DNA of 64,000 nt, from positions 691,660-755,659 of the forward strand of contig CAWJKM010000005.1 of NCBI GenBank assembly GCA_963843525.1, read 5' to 3'. The position numbers and the translations under genes were made by a program. Position 1 is the stretch's first letter; every line of letters begins with the position of its first letter. The notes under the pieces are model-generated. The model saw only the letters and a program-made list of their open reading frames with translations, was not told where the DNA came from and made no database searches. Source of the stretch: Ignavibacteriota bacterium. GTDB lineage: Bacteria; Bacteroidota; Ignavibacteria; UBA10030; UBA6906. Positions 47,008-55,231 of this stretch are shown here, piece after piece.

Positions 47008-47445
47008 CTACGCTTCAAGAGGATGTTCGGAAAGCTCTTCGACCTGCATTTGTTTCAACTCTGCAAAGGTGCGGGAGGCGAGCATCTCACGGAGTTTTCC
47101 CTGTGCTTCACCCCATACGTCGTGAACTGCGCAGACGTTCGTCCTGTTGCAGAACCCCGGGTCCACAAGACATCGGTTGAGCGCCATCGGACCTTCGATC
47201 TCCTCCACCACTTCAAGGAGCGTGATTTCCTCCGGGGGTCGTGCGAGGGAGACCCCTCCATGAACGCCGCGGTGGGATTTTACAAGCTTGGCGCGGCTGA
47301 GTCGCGCCACAATCTTGCGGAGGAATTTTTCAGGAATCCCCCACTTTTTCGAAATGTCGGAGATCTGTGCGATCGTGCCGGGAGTCAACGACGCCAGGTG
47401 GACCATCGTTCGAATCGCGTACTCTCCTGTGAGCGTGATATGCAT
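47008..47445 (-). CDS. Rrf2-family transcription regulator with three Cys plus His (probable Fe-S ligands)
   Basis: 'YAIR..V.LA', wHTH 'S.RG..GG..LA..PEEITL.EV.E..EG' and 'C-x6-C-x5-C-xx-H'. Confidence 0.93.
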   Translation of the reverse strand: MHITLTGEYAIRTMVHLASLTPGTIAQISDISKKWGIPEKFLRKIVARLSRAKLVKSHRGVHGGVSLARPPEEITLLEVVEEIEGPMALNRCLVDPGFCNRTNVCAVHDVWGEAQGKLREMLASRTFAELKQMQVEELSEHPLEA

Positions 47446-47697
47446 AGGAGTCCGGAGATGTAGGGGAATAATTTGTGATTCACCGGAGGAGGACAACCGA
47501 TGCGCTGTAAATTACAAGTTATGTGCCAAATGGGAGATCGGTGGTCATGTTTTAACCGCGAAGGAATTGAGAGATATTTCTTGGAAAGAGAATCAGGAGA
47601 GGCACGTTCTGCAATCCACTTTCCTGATTCTGCCAATTCATCTATGAGACGGTGGCAGTTTTGAGAAAATTGACTTTCCCTCACGTTTTGCGGAGAT

Positions 47698-47897
47698 TGA
47701 GGGGAAAACAGGGGACAGGGGACAGGGAACAGGGGAACAGGGAACAGGGGAGAGGGAACGGGGGAGAGGGAACGGGGGAAAGATTACAGGTTGCTGTTTT
47801 CTGACAATTCCCGGCAGCTGACGCATACCATCTGTTTGGTTCGGCACGATTAGCAATTGATCACTCTGTCCCCTGTCCCCGGTTTCCTGTCCCCTCA
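47698..47897. repeat. Inverted pair of heptamer arrays ((A)CAGGGG-type units at 47701-47779; CTGTCCC units at 47866-47897) flanking a spacer of about 85 bp
   Basis: GGGGACAGGGGACAG (47711-47725) is the exact reverse complement of CTGTCCCCTGTCCCC (47866-47880). Confidence 0.9.
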
Positions 47898-47917
47898 TCT
47901 TTCACGGATAACACCTT

Positions 47918-49180
47918 TTGGACAAATTCGTCATTCACGGTGGACGGAAACTCAACGGGACCGTCCCTATCAGCGGCGCGAAGAACGCAACTCTGGCGCT
48001 CATGCCCGCTGCGTTGCTCGCTTCTGGCACTTTTCATCTCCGAAATACCCCCGCTCTCCGCGATGTCAATACAATGGGGAGTCTCCTTTCCTCCATGGGT
48101 GTGAAGGTCTCCCAGGAAGGCCATGTTCTCACCCTCGATACCAGGCATGTCGACAAGTACGAAGCACCCTATGAGCATGTCAAAAAGATGCGTGCGTCAA
48201 TCTACGTTCTCGGACCTCTTGTGGCGAGATACGGAGAGGCGAAGGTCTCGCTTCCGGGTGGGTGTGCATGGGGACCGCGGCCCGTCGATCTCCACATGGA
48301 GGGGATCAAAAAGCTCGGCGCCACACTGGAGTTGAAGGAGGGGTACATCATTGCGAAAGCCGGCAGACTGACCGGTGCGCGCATTACGTTCGACATTTCC
48401 AGCGTGGGCGCGACCGCCAACATCCTCATGGCCGCTGTGCTGGCAAAGGGAACAACAGTGATCGACAATGCGGCCATCGAGCCGGAGATCACGTCACTGA
48501 CGGAATTCCTTATTTCGATGGGTGCACAAATCGACGGGGCGGGGACACGCCGTCTGGAAATTGAGGGAGTGGAGACGTTGCATCCCGCCGATACGGAAAC
48601 CATCCCCGACCGCATCGAAGCGGGGACCTATCTCGTTGCATGCGCTCTCGCCGGCGGAACACTCACTGTCGAAGGCGTCAATCCCGGACACCTGACCGCT
48701 CTGCTCGCGAAACTCGAAGATGCGGGATGCAGCGTGCAGATCGGGAAGACCTCCGTGAGCCTGACCGCACCGGCGGCGATTCACCCGGTCGACGTGACTG
48801 CCGCCATCTATCCCGGTTTCCCGACGGACATGCAGGCACAGTGGACGGCCCTTATGACCCTTGCCGCCGGGACGTCCCTTGTCACCGATTCAATCTACTT
48901 CGATCGGTTCAAGCATGTGCCGGAACTGATCCGGCTGGGTGGAGACATCGAAGTGAAAGACAACGCCGCAATCATACGGGGAGTGAAGAAACTCACCGGC
49001 GCGAAAGTCATGTCGACGGATCTGCGCGCCTCCGCATCGCTCATTCTTGCAGGGCTCGTCGCTGAAGGAACCACTGAAGTTCTCCGTGTCTATCACATCG
49101 ACCGGGGATATGAATCGATCGAGAAAAAGCTCAAGAGTGTCGGGGCGGACATCGAGCGGCTTGCAGGGGAAGAGTTCTAA
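47918..49180 (+). CDS. murA: UDP-N-acetylglucosamine 1-carboxyvinyltransferase
   Basis: 'SGAKNA', 'KMRAS', 'LPGGCAWG.RPVD.H', 'SVGAT.N', 'PDRIEAGT', 'PGFPTD.Q', 'DLRA' and 'IDRGYE'. TTG start. Confidence 0.98.
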   Translation: MDKFVIHGGRKLNGTVPISGAKNATLALMPAALLASGTFHLRNTPALRDVNTMGSLLSSMGVKVSQEGHVLTLDTRHVDKYEAPYEHVKKMRASIYVLGPLVARYGEAKVSLPGGCAWGPRPVDLHMEGIKKLGATLELKEGYIIAKAGRLTGARITFDISSVGATANILMAAVLAKGTTVIDNAAIEPEITSLTEFLISMGAQIDGAGTRRLEIEGVETLHPADTETIPDRIEAGTYLVACALAGGTLTVEGVNPGHLTALLAKLEDAGCSVQIGKTSVSLTAPAAIHPVDVTAAIYPGFPTDMQAQWTALMTLAAGTSLVTDSIYFDRFKHVPELIRLGGDIEVKDNAAIIRGVKKLTGAKVMSTDLRASASLILAGLVAEGTTEVLRVYHIDRGYESIEKKLKSVGADIERLAGEEF

Positions 49181-49221
49181 ATGGTGAATCGCGATGATAG
49201 GACAGCCACGGAGAGTGCCTG

Positions 49222-49710
49222 ATGGGCGAAGACCCGCACACCGCTGATCAATTTCTCCGCCACACCGTTGCGACGCTCGCGTATCGCGGCGCAAAGGTGA
49301 TGCCGGGCGTCAACGCACACTTTTCGGAGTTTCTCGTCGGGGCAACATCCCGTACTCCCGGAGAGATTCTGGCGCATATCGGCGACCTCCTTGACTGGGC
49401 GTTGTCGATCGTCAGGGGACAACAGGCCTGGCACGACTCTTCGCCGCAATCGTGGGAGAAGGATACCGCGCGTTTCTTCGAGGCATTGCGCAGGCTCGAT
49501 GAAGAGCTTGCATCCCATCCGCCACCGGAGGGCATCGCGACCAGGGTATTCCAGGGACCGGTTGCCGACGCACTGACGCATGTGGGACAGATTGCGATGC
49601 TGCGCCGATTGGCCGGGACGCCGGTGAAGGGAGAAAACTATTTCAAAGCGGAAATCGTCACAGGCCGGGTTGGGCCCGAGCAGTCCGTGAAGCGGGTTGA
49701 GTTCGAGTAG
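49222..49710 (+). CDS. DinB/YfiT-like hypothetical protein
   Basis: 'RTP.EILAHI' and 'D..TH.GQI..LRRL.G' DinB-type His motifs. Confidence 0.8.
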   Translation: MGEDPHTADQFLRHTVATLAYRGAKVMPGVNAHFSEFLVGATSRTPGEILAHIGDLLDWALSIVRGQQAWHDSSPQSWEKDTARFFEALRRLDEELASHPPPEGIATRVFQGPVADALTHVGQIAMLRRLAGTPVKGENYFKAEIVTGRVGPEQSVKRVEFE

Positions 49711-49953
49711 CAGGTCCGGTGTGCACAGATGCCTCTCGCCCCGGGAGCCGGCGTCTCTTGGACGGGCCGCGGGGAACAGCGACGTCTCTCCATTCTCCTT
49801 CCCTGCTCAACGAAGCCCCATTTCGTGAGTTTGATCCTGGCCGGGGTGAACGCCTCCTGACGTCGGCAACCATTTAGAGAGGGGCCAGAGAAAAGCGCAA
49901 GGAGCGGTGTCGAAGCCGATGAGTGTAGCCCAGAAGGAATCCATTCCGTCACG

Positions 49954-52239
49954 ATGTCTATGAAAATGTTTCGCACAGGGGATACATTCACCGTTGCAGC
50001 GGTCTATGCCTTCGCCGCCATCGTGTGTACGCAGGTCCCCCTTCTCAATTCCCTGGGGTATGAGTCCTCTCTCCTTTTTGCGCTCCTGGGTTCATTTGCC
50101 TCCGCTTTTCTCACCATCAACCGGCTCCGGAGGGTGTACAGTGAACCCGCCCTGGACAAGGGACTCATGATCGCCGGGACCCTCCGTTCGATTCGCACCG
50201 CGTTCCTCACCAACATCTCGCTCCTGATAATTCCCGCGGCCGTCCTCCTGGCGAACGCCTTCTTTGTCAGAAATTGTTCACTGTCCGAAGCAGTCCTCTT
50301 TTACGTGCTGATCCCGTGCGTCAGCGTCCTTTTTGCCACAGCCCTTGCGTTCTTCTGCGTGATGCACTACCGGTGGCCACGGACGGCGTTCATTGTCCTC
50401 TTCTTCCTCACCATTGCGTACGATCTCGCCCTGGGGTACTTTACCCCGGCGATATTCTCCTACAACTTTTTCTATGGATATTTTCCCGGGTTCACCTACG
50501 ATGAAGGGCTGCGGGTAACTTCCACCCTTGTCTCCTTCCGGCTCATCACCCTTGCGCTCACGGTCGTCCTGACCTGGCTTGGGTACCTGCTTCTCACCTC
50601 TGTCGACCGTTCAGCATCCGTCTACGCAAAAGGTGTCGGGCTGATCCGTGTCCTGGCAACTCCCGGGCAACGGGGTCTGGCTGTCATCGTTCTCTCTCTC
50701 TGTGCGGCTGCGTACATCTTCCGGTGCGACCTGGGCTATGAGTCAACATCCGGGTACATTCAATCGCGGCTCGGCGGCATAATGCACACCGAGCATTTTG
50801 ACATCTACTATCCCGAAGGCCTTCTCAGCGCCGACGAACTTGCGCGTCTCGCGGACGAGCACGAATTCCGTTTCATGCAGCTGATGAAGCTGTTTTCTCT
50901 CCGGCGGTTTGACCGGATCGAGTCGTACCTGTACCCCTCCGCCGCCGTGAAGATGAAACTCATGGGGGCCGGGAACACCGATATTGCCAAACCCTGGAGC
51001 AAGCAAATTCACGTTACCGTGCAGTCGGCCTTTGCCACGGTGCAACACGAGTTGACCCACGTGATGGCCGGGAGATTCGGCTGGCCGGTAATAGAGGCGA
51101 GTCCCAGCGTTGGGCTCACCGAAGGATTGGCAATGGCTGTGGAATGGAACTACGGCGCCCGGACGCTGCACGAGTACTCCGCGGCGATGCAGCAGCTCAG
51201 GATTGCCCCCGATATTGAGCGCATTCTTACGCCCGCCGGGTTTGTGACCCAGGCACCCGCGATCAGTTATGTGCTCGCCGGATCGTTCTGCCGCTACCTG
51301 ATCGACAAATATGGCATCAGACCGTTTCTGTTCGTGTACGGAGGGCGGGATTGGAAAACGATCTACGGCCGGCCGGTGCCGGTTCTCGTGGAAGAGTGGA
51401 AGAGCTACCTTCGCCGGTATGCAGTCGACCCGACAGACCTCGCAGCCACCAAGGCATTCTTCACCCGGCCGTCGATCTTTCAAAAGACCTGTCCCCGTGT
51501 CATCGGAGAACGCAACACGATCGCGGGCAATGCTCTCGGTGCGGGGCAGTATGCCGTGGCGGAGAGTCTCTACGCCGTATCGTACAGCGAGGGGCGAAGC
51601 CTGGAATCGCTCTCGGGGTTTCTCGGGGCGGCACTGCGAAACCGCGCATACGATTCCGTCGTTGCGGTCTTCGATCGCGCGGAACAAAGCGATGGAAGCC
51701 CCGACCGATACCTCCCTCTGAGCATCGTCCTCGGCGACGCTCTCTGGGGGCTTGACAGCACCGATCAGGCGATCGATGTGTATCACACGCTCCGCGTGGT
51801 GGATCTGACCGACGCGTACACAGAGGCTGCGAGCGTCCGGCTGGCGGCTCTCGGAGAGGGGCGGTGCATGGAGGGTTACAGACGGTATTTCCTCACCTTC
51901 GGTGCCGATTCAGTCCGCTCTCTGATCCTGGATTCGCTGACAGCCATCGACACGTCGAGTATGCTCCCCCATTACCTCAGGAGCCGTGAGCTGCTCCGCC
52001 GGAACCGGTACGGACCCGCGATCGAAGAGCTCTCCCGCATCTCTCTTGCGGACACCGATCCCTTCCTCGAATCGCTTCGCCTGAATTCGCTGGGTCTCGC
52101 CTGCTACTTCAGCGGCGACGTCGAAAAGGCGCGGGCCTGGTTCTGGCAATCGCTCAATTACGACGATAGCAACGTGGCCCGGCATTCCGTGAACGACTGG
52201 ATCGATCGGTGCGAATGGCGCGAGGGGCGGAATGACTGA
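49954..52239 (+). CDS. Polytopic membrane protein with an extracytoplasmic zincin (HExxH) domain and TPR-like tail
   Basis: About 7 N-terminal TMs, 'TEHFDIYY', 'HELTH' plus 'LTEGLA' (gluzincin pattern) and 'Y..AGSF..YL...YG'. Confidence 0.75.
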   Translation: MSMKMFRTGDTFTVAAVYAFAAIVCTQVPLLNSLGYESSLLFALLGSFASAFLTINRLRRVYSEPALDKGLMIAGTLRSIRTAFLTNISLLIIPAAVLLANAFFVRNCSLSEAVLFYVLIPCVSVLFATALAFFCVMHYRWPRTAFIVLFFLTIAYDLALGYFTPAIFSYNFFYGYFPGFTYDEGLRVTSTLVSFRLITLALTVVLTWLGYLLLTSVDRSASVYAKGVGLIRVLATPGQRGLAVIVLSLCAAAYIFRCDLGYESTSGYIQSRLGGIMHTEHFDIYYPEGLLSADELARLADEHEFRFMQLMKLFSLRRFDRIESYLYPSAAVKMKLMGAGNTDIAKPWSKQIHVTVQSAFATVQHELTHVMAGRFGWPVIEASPSVGLTEGLAMAVEWNYGARTLHEYSAAMQQLRIAPDIERILTPAGFVTQAPAISYVLAGSFCRYLIDKYGIRPFLFVYGGRDWKTIYGRPVPVLVEEWKSYLRRYAVDPTDLAATKAFFTRPSIFQKTCPRVIGERNTIAGNALGAGQYAVAESLYAVSYSEGRSLESLSGFLGAALRNRAYDSVVAVFDRAEQSDGSPDRYLPLSIVLGDALWGLDSTDQAIDVYHTLRVVDLTDAYTEAASVRLAALGEGRCMEGYRRYFLTFGADSVRSLILDSLTAIDTSSMLPHYLRSRELLRRNRYGPAIEELSRISLADTDPFLESLRLNSLGLACYFSGDVEKARAWFWQSLNYDDSNVARHSVNDWIDRCEWREGRND

Positions 52240-53239
52240 CTATCGCCGGATCCTCCTGACCCGCCTGAAATTCATCGGCGATGTCGTGCTGACCACACCC
52301 ATCATCCGGTCGGTACGAAATGCCTGTCCCTCCGCGCATCTTGCCTATCTCGGCGACCGGGAAGCCGTATCGTTGCTCGAGAACAATCCCTGTCTCGACG
52401 AGATCATCCCGTACGATTTCTCCCGTCCTTCGATCACCGAGCAGCTCCGTGTCGCGGCCACACTGCGAAGGGAACGGTTCGACCTCGTCATCGACATGTT
52501 CAACAATCCCCGCAGTGCCCTCCTTGTCTTTGCCTCGGGGGCATCCACCCGCGTCGGTCTGGACCGCAAAGGACGCGGCCGGCTGTACACCGTCCGTGTT
52601 CGGGACGACGGGACTCCCAAATCGCCCATTGAATTTCACAATCAATTGCTCCGGGCCGTGGGCATCCCTCCGACCTCGTCGACGACAGAAATCTTCCTGA
52701 CCTCCGAAGAACGCCACGACGCGCTTCAGTTTCTTCCGGAAGGCGAGGCCCCGTTAGTGGGCATTCACCCGGGCGCAACGTGGCCCGCGAAGAGGTGGTC
52801 CGCGGAGCGCTTCGGCGCATTGGCGGATCTTCTTTCGGCGGAAGGTTTACGCGTGGCGATTTTCGGCGCTCCGGGGGATCAGGAGACCATTCAGCAGGTG
52901 ATTGAAGCGACGGTCTCCGTTCCGCACGTTCTTCCGGTCGCCCCCCTCCGTTCCCTCGCGGCGATGATCTCCCATTGCAGCGTGTTTGTCTGTAACGATG
53001 CGGGGCCGATGCACATTGCCGCAGCACTCAATGTTCCGACGGTGGGAATATTCGGCCCCGGAGAAGAAAACATCTGGTTCCCGTATGACCGCCGACAGGG
53101 TCACATCGCGTTGCGCAGGGACGTTCCCTGCCATCCCTGCCATGCCGATTTCTGTCCCCGGACCGGCGACGGATATATGGAGTGCATGGAATTGCTCCAG
53201 GTGAATGATGTCGCCGATGCCGTGAGGAATATTCTGTAG
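52232..53239 (+). CDS. Glycosyltransferase family 9 (LPS heptosyltransferase-like)
   Basis: 'IGDVVLTTP', 'GIHPGA...KRW' and 'NDAGPMHIAAAL..PTV..FGP'. Confidence 0.95.
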   Translation: MTDYRRILLTRLKFIGDVVLTTPIIRSVRNACPSAHLAYLGDREAVSLLENNPCLDEIIPYDFSRPSITEQLRVAATLRRERFDLVIDMFNNPRSALLVFASGASTRVGLDRKGRGRLYTVRVRDDGTPKSPIEFHNQLLRAVGIPPTSSTTEIFLTSEERHDALQFLPEGEAPLVGIHPGATWPAKRWSAERFGALADLLSAEGLRVAIFGAPGDQETIQQVIEATVSVPHVLPVAPLRSLAAMISHCSVFVCNDAGPMHIAAALNVPTVGIFGPGEENIWFPYDRRQGHIALRRDVPCHPCHADFCPRTGDGYMECMELLQVNDVADAVRNIL

Positions 53240-53265
53240 CCCTTCACAGTCGTTTCAAGGCGCTC

Positions 53266-53294
53266 TTGGACTGGGGGACCGAAATCCGTATCTT
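53266..53294 (+). promoter_or_regulatory. Possible sigma70-type promoter of the esterase gene
   Basis: TTGGAC, 17 bp, TATCTT. Confidence 0.4.
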
Positions 53295-53313
53295 TCGGTG
53301 AACCCGGCAACGC

Positions 53314-53961
53314 ATGAAACCCATCAAAACCTCGTTAGTTCACCGTGTACTGTTTCCCGAAAGCGGCACGGAGCGGCTTCATCCGGCGCTTGTTCTTCTT
53401 CACGGCAGGGGAGCCGACGAAGACGACCTCGTCGTGTTCGCGAGGTATCTCGATGAACGGCTCCTCGTCCTCTCCACCCGGGCGCCGTTCCCGTTTGAGT
53501 TCGGGGGATTCACCTGGTATGATGCAGAAGAAGATGGTACGCCCGACCCCGGCCGATTCAGGGAAAGCTACGATCGCCTTTCCCTGTTTCTTGATGATGT
53601 TCTCCGGGAATATCCGGTGGACGCCTCACGGCTGTTTCTTCTCGGGTTCAGCATGGGGGCGGCGATGGCGCTTTCCCTGGCGCTGACGCGTCCCGCGCTC
53701 TTTCGTGGCGTGTCCGCGAACAGCGGATATCTCCCGGAGAAAACGCATCTCACGTACCGATGGAACGAACAGCCCTCCGTGAAGATTCTTCTTTCTCACG
53801 GAACGGAAGACCCGGTTATCCCTGTTGCCGCTGCACGCCGCACGAAGATGTTGCTCGACCGGGGAGGGGTACTGGTCTCGTACCATGAATACCCGATGGG
53901 TCACGAAATCAGCGAGCAAGCCATCGGGGATGTTCGAGAGTGGATGAGCGCACTGTTGTGA
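53314..53961 (+). CDS. Alpha/beta hydrolase (phospholipase/carboxylesterase)
   Basis: 'LLHGRG', GFSMG nucleophile, 'HG.EDPVI' and 'MGHEI'. Confidence 0.93.
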   Translation: MKPIKTSLVHRVLFPESGTERLHPALVLLHGRGADEDDLVVFARYLDERLLVLSTRAPFPFEFGGFTWYDAEEDGTPDPGRFRESYDRLSLFLDDVLREYPVDASRLFLLGFSMGAAMALSLALTRPALFRGVSANSGYLPEKTHLTYRWNEQPSVKILLSHGTEDPVIPVAAARRTKMLLDRGGVLVSYHEYPMGHEISEQAIGDVREWMSALL

Positions 53962-54048
53962 TGCGGGACACGAGAGGTGGAATTGCTCACGTCGTGTGAT
54001 GCGGGGATGTGACGCACAGAGTCTGCCAAGTATGAGAGAAGATATCCT

Positions 54049-55041
54049 GTGGAATCTATCGGACTGTTACAGTTTTTCCTTTTTAACCTCCTTGTCCTCG
54101 GACTCCTTGCCCTCGATTTATTCGTTTTTCACCGGAAACCGCATGAAGTTTCTACAAAGGAGGCGGCTCTCTATTCAGTATTCTGGATCGCCCTGGGCCT
54201 CCTCTTCTGCGGGGGGGTATTTATATTCCGCGGGAGGACATCGGGTCTTGAATTCCTGACCGGATATCTCGTCGAGAAATCCCTCTCGGTCGACAACATA
54301 TTTGTGTTTCTTGTTATCTTTGGCTACTTTGGAGTACCACACAAGTACCAGCATAGAGTCCTGTTCTGGGGAGTGGTGGGAGCACTGGTGACCCGCTCCA
54401 TCTTCATCGGTGTTGGCATCACGCTCATCACGCACTTCCACTGGATTTTGGATGTCTTCGCTGTCCTCCTCCTCTACAGCGGAATAAAACTCTTCTTTGA
54501 TCGCGGCGTCTCAGTTCATCCTGAACGGAACGCGATCATACGGCTTACTCGTAACCTATATCCACACATCACGGAGAGCATCAGCTCCCCGAAATTCTTC
54601 GTCAAGCAAGGGAAGGCGATTTTCATCACGCCTCTCTTCTTGGTGCTTCTCACAATTGAAACAACAGACATTATGTTCGCTGTTGATTCATTGCCCGCAG
54701 TCTTCGGAGTCACACAGGACGCGTTTATCGTCTATTCCTCGAACGTGTTCGCAATTCTCGGCCTTCGCGCCCTCTACTTCCTGCTGGCCAGCGCGATGAG
54801 GCGGAACGAGCATTTGAGCCGGGGTCTTTCCTTTGTTCTTATTTTCATCGGCGTGAAGATGATTCTCACCCCCTGGTATCAGATCTCCACGGAAGTTTCG
54901 CTCATCGTTGTCGCCGGCATGATCAGTTCGGCGTTTCTGCTCTCCTGGCTCCAGCGAACGAGGAATGGCAGATACTACAATTGGCTCCGGGACCGTTTGA
55001 AAATGCCGGGTCAGAAGCAGGCGGACCACAAGGAATACTGA
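54049..55041 (+). CDS. TerC/Alx family membrane protein
   Basis: 'FLTGYLVEKSLSVDNIFVF', 'QHRVLFWG', 'E.TD..FAVDS.PA' and 'SNVFAILGLRALYF'. Confidence 0.95.
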   Translation: MESIGLLQFFLFNLLVLGLLALDLFVFHRKPHEVSTKEAALYSVFWIALGLLFCGGVFIFRGRTSGLEFLTGYLVEKSLSVDNIFVFLVIFGYFGVPHKYQHRVLFWGVVGALVTRSIFIGVGITLITHFHWILDVFAVLLLYSGIKLFFDRGVSVHPERNAIIRLTRNLYPHITESISSPKFFVKQGKAIFITPLFLVLLTIETTDIMFAVDSLPAVFGVTQDAFIVYSSNVFAILGLRALYFLLASAMRRNEHLSRGLSFVLIFIGVKMILTPWYQISTEVSLIVVAGMISSAFLLSWLQRTRNGRYYNWLRDRLKMPGQKQADHKEY

Positions 55042-55159
55042 ACGACTGTTTTGCTCCTCCCCTCTTTCGTTGCGCACACTCCACCTCTTCTCATTCGGCA
55101 CGGCTCATTTGCCTCTCCTGGATCCGTGTGCTTCCTCATGCCATCCACGCAGAAAGAGT

Positions 55160-55190
55160 GATGCCCGCCGGACTGCTGCCGGCGGGCATC
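55160..55190 (-). terminator. Terminator hairpin between convergent terC-like gene and maeB
   Basis: 12-bp stem GATGCCCGCCGG / CCGGCGGGCATC, followed by a pyrimidine-rich tract on the minus strand. Confidence 0.65.
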
Positions 55191-55231
55191 GCGCTTGTGC
55201 AATCTCCTCCTGAACGCTCCGGGGACCGCTC

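Noticed and set aside
49710-49954. A true 16S rRNA gene
   Set aside because: Similarity covers under 30 nt within a 243-bp spacer, so it is reported only as a curiosity.
53962-54048. yybP-ykoY Mn riboswitch expected upstream of a TerC/Alx gene
   Set aside because: The spacer is only 87 bp and lacks recognisable conserved elements of that riboswitch.
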